DNA of 64,000 bases, taken from contig NZ_JACJTB010000020.1 of NCBI RefSeq assembly GCF_014698475.1, forward strand, positions 1-64,000, read 5' to 3'. A program made the translations under genes and the position numbers. Positions 62,778-64,000 of this stretch are shown here, piece after piece. The notes beneath the pieces are model-generated. The model did not search any database. It worked only from the letters and a program-made list of their open reading frames with translations, and was not told the DNA's origin. Positions within the stretch are counted from its first letter, which is position 1. Every line of letters starts with the position of its first letter. The stretch comes from Nostoc spongiaeforme FACHB-130. Lineage in GTDB: Bacteria; Cyanobacteriota; Cyanobacteriia; Cyanobacteriales; Nostocaceae.

Positions 62778-63138
62778 TAGCAGGAAATCAAGTTTTCATC
62801 TTTTGCAAAGTAGATGCTAGAATTCCTTGCAGCCTATCAACTTCTCCCATAACAGGAATAAATAATTCTTGATTTGCTAACTTAACTTCCTTCGCAATAA
62901 TTAACTGGGTATCAAGTTCCCGTAGAGAACCCAAAGCGATATGGAGAAATTGAATATATTCAGATTTTGTTCTCCTGCCATAGCCTTCCGCAATATTTGA
63001 AGGTACAGAAACACAAGAACGTCTAATCTGACTTGTTAAACCGTAAAGTTCAGATTTAGGAAAATTTTCAGTTAGTTGATAATACTGAATCGCCAGCGCG
63101 ATTCCACATTTCCAAATGAATTGTTCTCAGTAGCTCAT
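62778..63138 (-). pseudogene. Four-helix-bundle protein (23S rRNA intervening-sequence protein family) with a premature TGA at codon 4, or lacking a canonical start
   Basis: The minus-strand translation after the codon-4 stop reads EQFIWKCGIALAIQYYQLTENFPKSELYGLTSQIRRSCVSVPSNIAEGYGRRTKSEYIQFLHIALGSLRELDTQLIIAKEV..., the hallmark of the four-helix-bundle family. The ATG at 63138 is followed by TGA at 63127-63129. Confidence 0.55.
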
Positions 63139-63187
63139 AAGTTTGAAGGCAGAAGTTTGGAGAAATCCATCATTACACAAGATGTTA

Positions 63188-63222
63188 ACTTCTGCCTTCT
63201 GCCTCCTGCCTCCTGCCTTCTC
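63188..63222. repeat. Octamer tandem repeats (CTTCTGCC/CTCCTGCC)n, the right inverted arm
   Basis: Read directly. Confidence 0.85.
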
Positions 63223-63257
63223 ATCATTATTTTGTAATTAAATTTTGAGTAGTTAAC

Positions 63258-63797
63258 ATGGGTGACAAATATCTCAGATTATCGGAATTGAATTTAGAAG
63301 GTCAGTTCCAGGGTTTTGCAGGCATGAAATCAGGAAAAGCTAAATATCTGCAATTAGCAATTCCTTCTGGTAATTTATATATCAAATTACCAAAAGATTT
63401 GCGTAGTTCGTTGCAATGTAGTTTAGCTCCTGGTGAGCAAATTCATGTTTGTGGTGTGAGTAAAGTCAACACACGCACAGGCAAAATTAAAATCAAAGCA
63501 CATCAAGTCACGCCAGTTGCTGCTTGTCCTACTCAAGAATTATTACCGCAACCAGAAGCCAAAATTATGGTGTGTCAAAAGTCTGGCTGTGTAAAAAAAG
63601 GCGGTAAAGGTTTATTATCAGAATTAGAAAAAACTTTGTGCGATCGCGGTTTGCGAGACAAAGTTAAAATTGAACACACAGACTGTCAAAAACGTTGCAG
63701 CAGCGCCCCTAACTGCGTTTTATTACTTGGTAAAAAGAAGTATAAGAAACTTCACCCAGAAGCGATCGCATCATTGCTAGAAAATCACTTAACCTAA
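63258..63797 (+). CDS. Thioredoxin-like [2Fe-2S] ferredoxin-family protein (NuoE-like fold), hypothetical
   Basis: 179 aa. The C-terminal region has four Cys (C..C...C...C) in a pattern like thioredoxin-like 2Fe-2S ferredoxins. Confidence 0.45.
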   Translation: MGDKYLRLSELNLEGQFQGFAGMKSGKAKYLQLAIPSGNLYIKLPKDLRSSLQCSLAPGEQIHVCGVSKVNTRTGKIKIKAHQVTPVAACPTQELLPQPEAKIMVCQKSGCVKKGGKGLLSELEKTLCDRGLRDKVKIEHTDCQKRCSSAPNCVLLLGKKKYKKLHPEAIASLLENHLT

Positions 63798-64000
63798 ATT
63801 CAATCTTCTTGTCAAATGTATATATTACTGTGTAGGGGTAAAACTTTTACCCCTATTTGTTTTTGATATTGTCAACTGGCTACTTCTAAGTTAAAACTGT
63901 TGCAGTCTCAATAGTTATCAGGTGTGTTAGCAACGCATAACGCACATTTCATACTGACTAAGCTAATCAGCTTTAATTGAAATGTCTTTATTTACCAATT

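Overview
This is a chromosomal segment of a heterocystous cyanobacterium (Nostoc/Anabaena-like). Supporting signs are many HIP1 GCGATCGC palindromes, STRR-like heptamer and octamer tandem repeats, and a cysE–nifV–nifZ–nifT arrangement plus an ackA / tal / pyk / gap / xfp cluster, as known from Anabaena PCC 7120.

Content from start to end:
- A dense toxin–antitoxin island (about 4 TA pairs in 3.4 kb) whose gene pairs are separated by a recurring palindromic repeat scaffold.
- A divergent pair of AAA-like NTPases (pfam14516-type). One is a 1332-aa ATPase – coiled-coil – single TM helix – 14-bladed WD40 protein.
- An SPFH/flotillin protein, an ankyrin-repeat protein and the first of several Uma2 nucleases.
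- A central-carbon cluster: ackA, then adenosine-deaminase-like, then tal, pyk, gap and xfp. Between the deaminase gene and tal sits a two-gene ABC-type ATPase + DUF4276 (Toprim-like) cassette. It is flanked by 27-bp direct repeats and a hairpin, and part of its 3' end is duplicated immediately upstream of ackA. This cassette is the best candidate here for an undescribed, horizontally inserted defence-like system.
- sbcC, envelope proteins (SLH, PEP-CTERM, porin), a histidine kinase, more Uma2 nucleases including a tandem pair, and cell-wall hydrolases.
- A 1190-aa NACHT NTPase with about 9 near-identical 39-aa HEAT-like repeats, followed by RelE/ParE and HicB genes.
- cysE–nifVZT and a four-helix-bundle pseudogene bracketed by inverted octamer repeat arrays.

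Several families of small dispersed hairpin repeats occur throughout. No rRNA, tRNA or CRISPR array was recognised.
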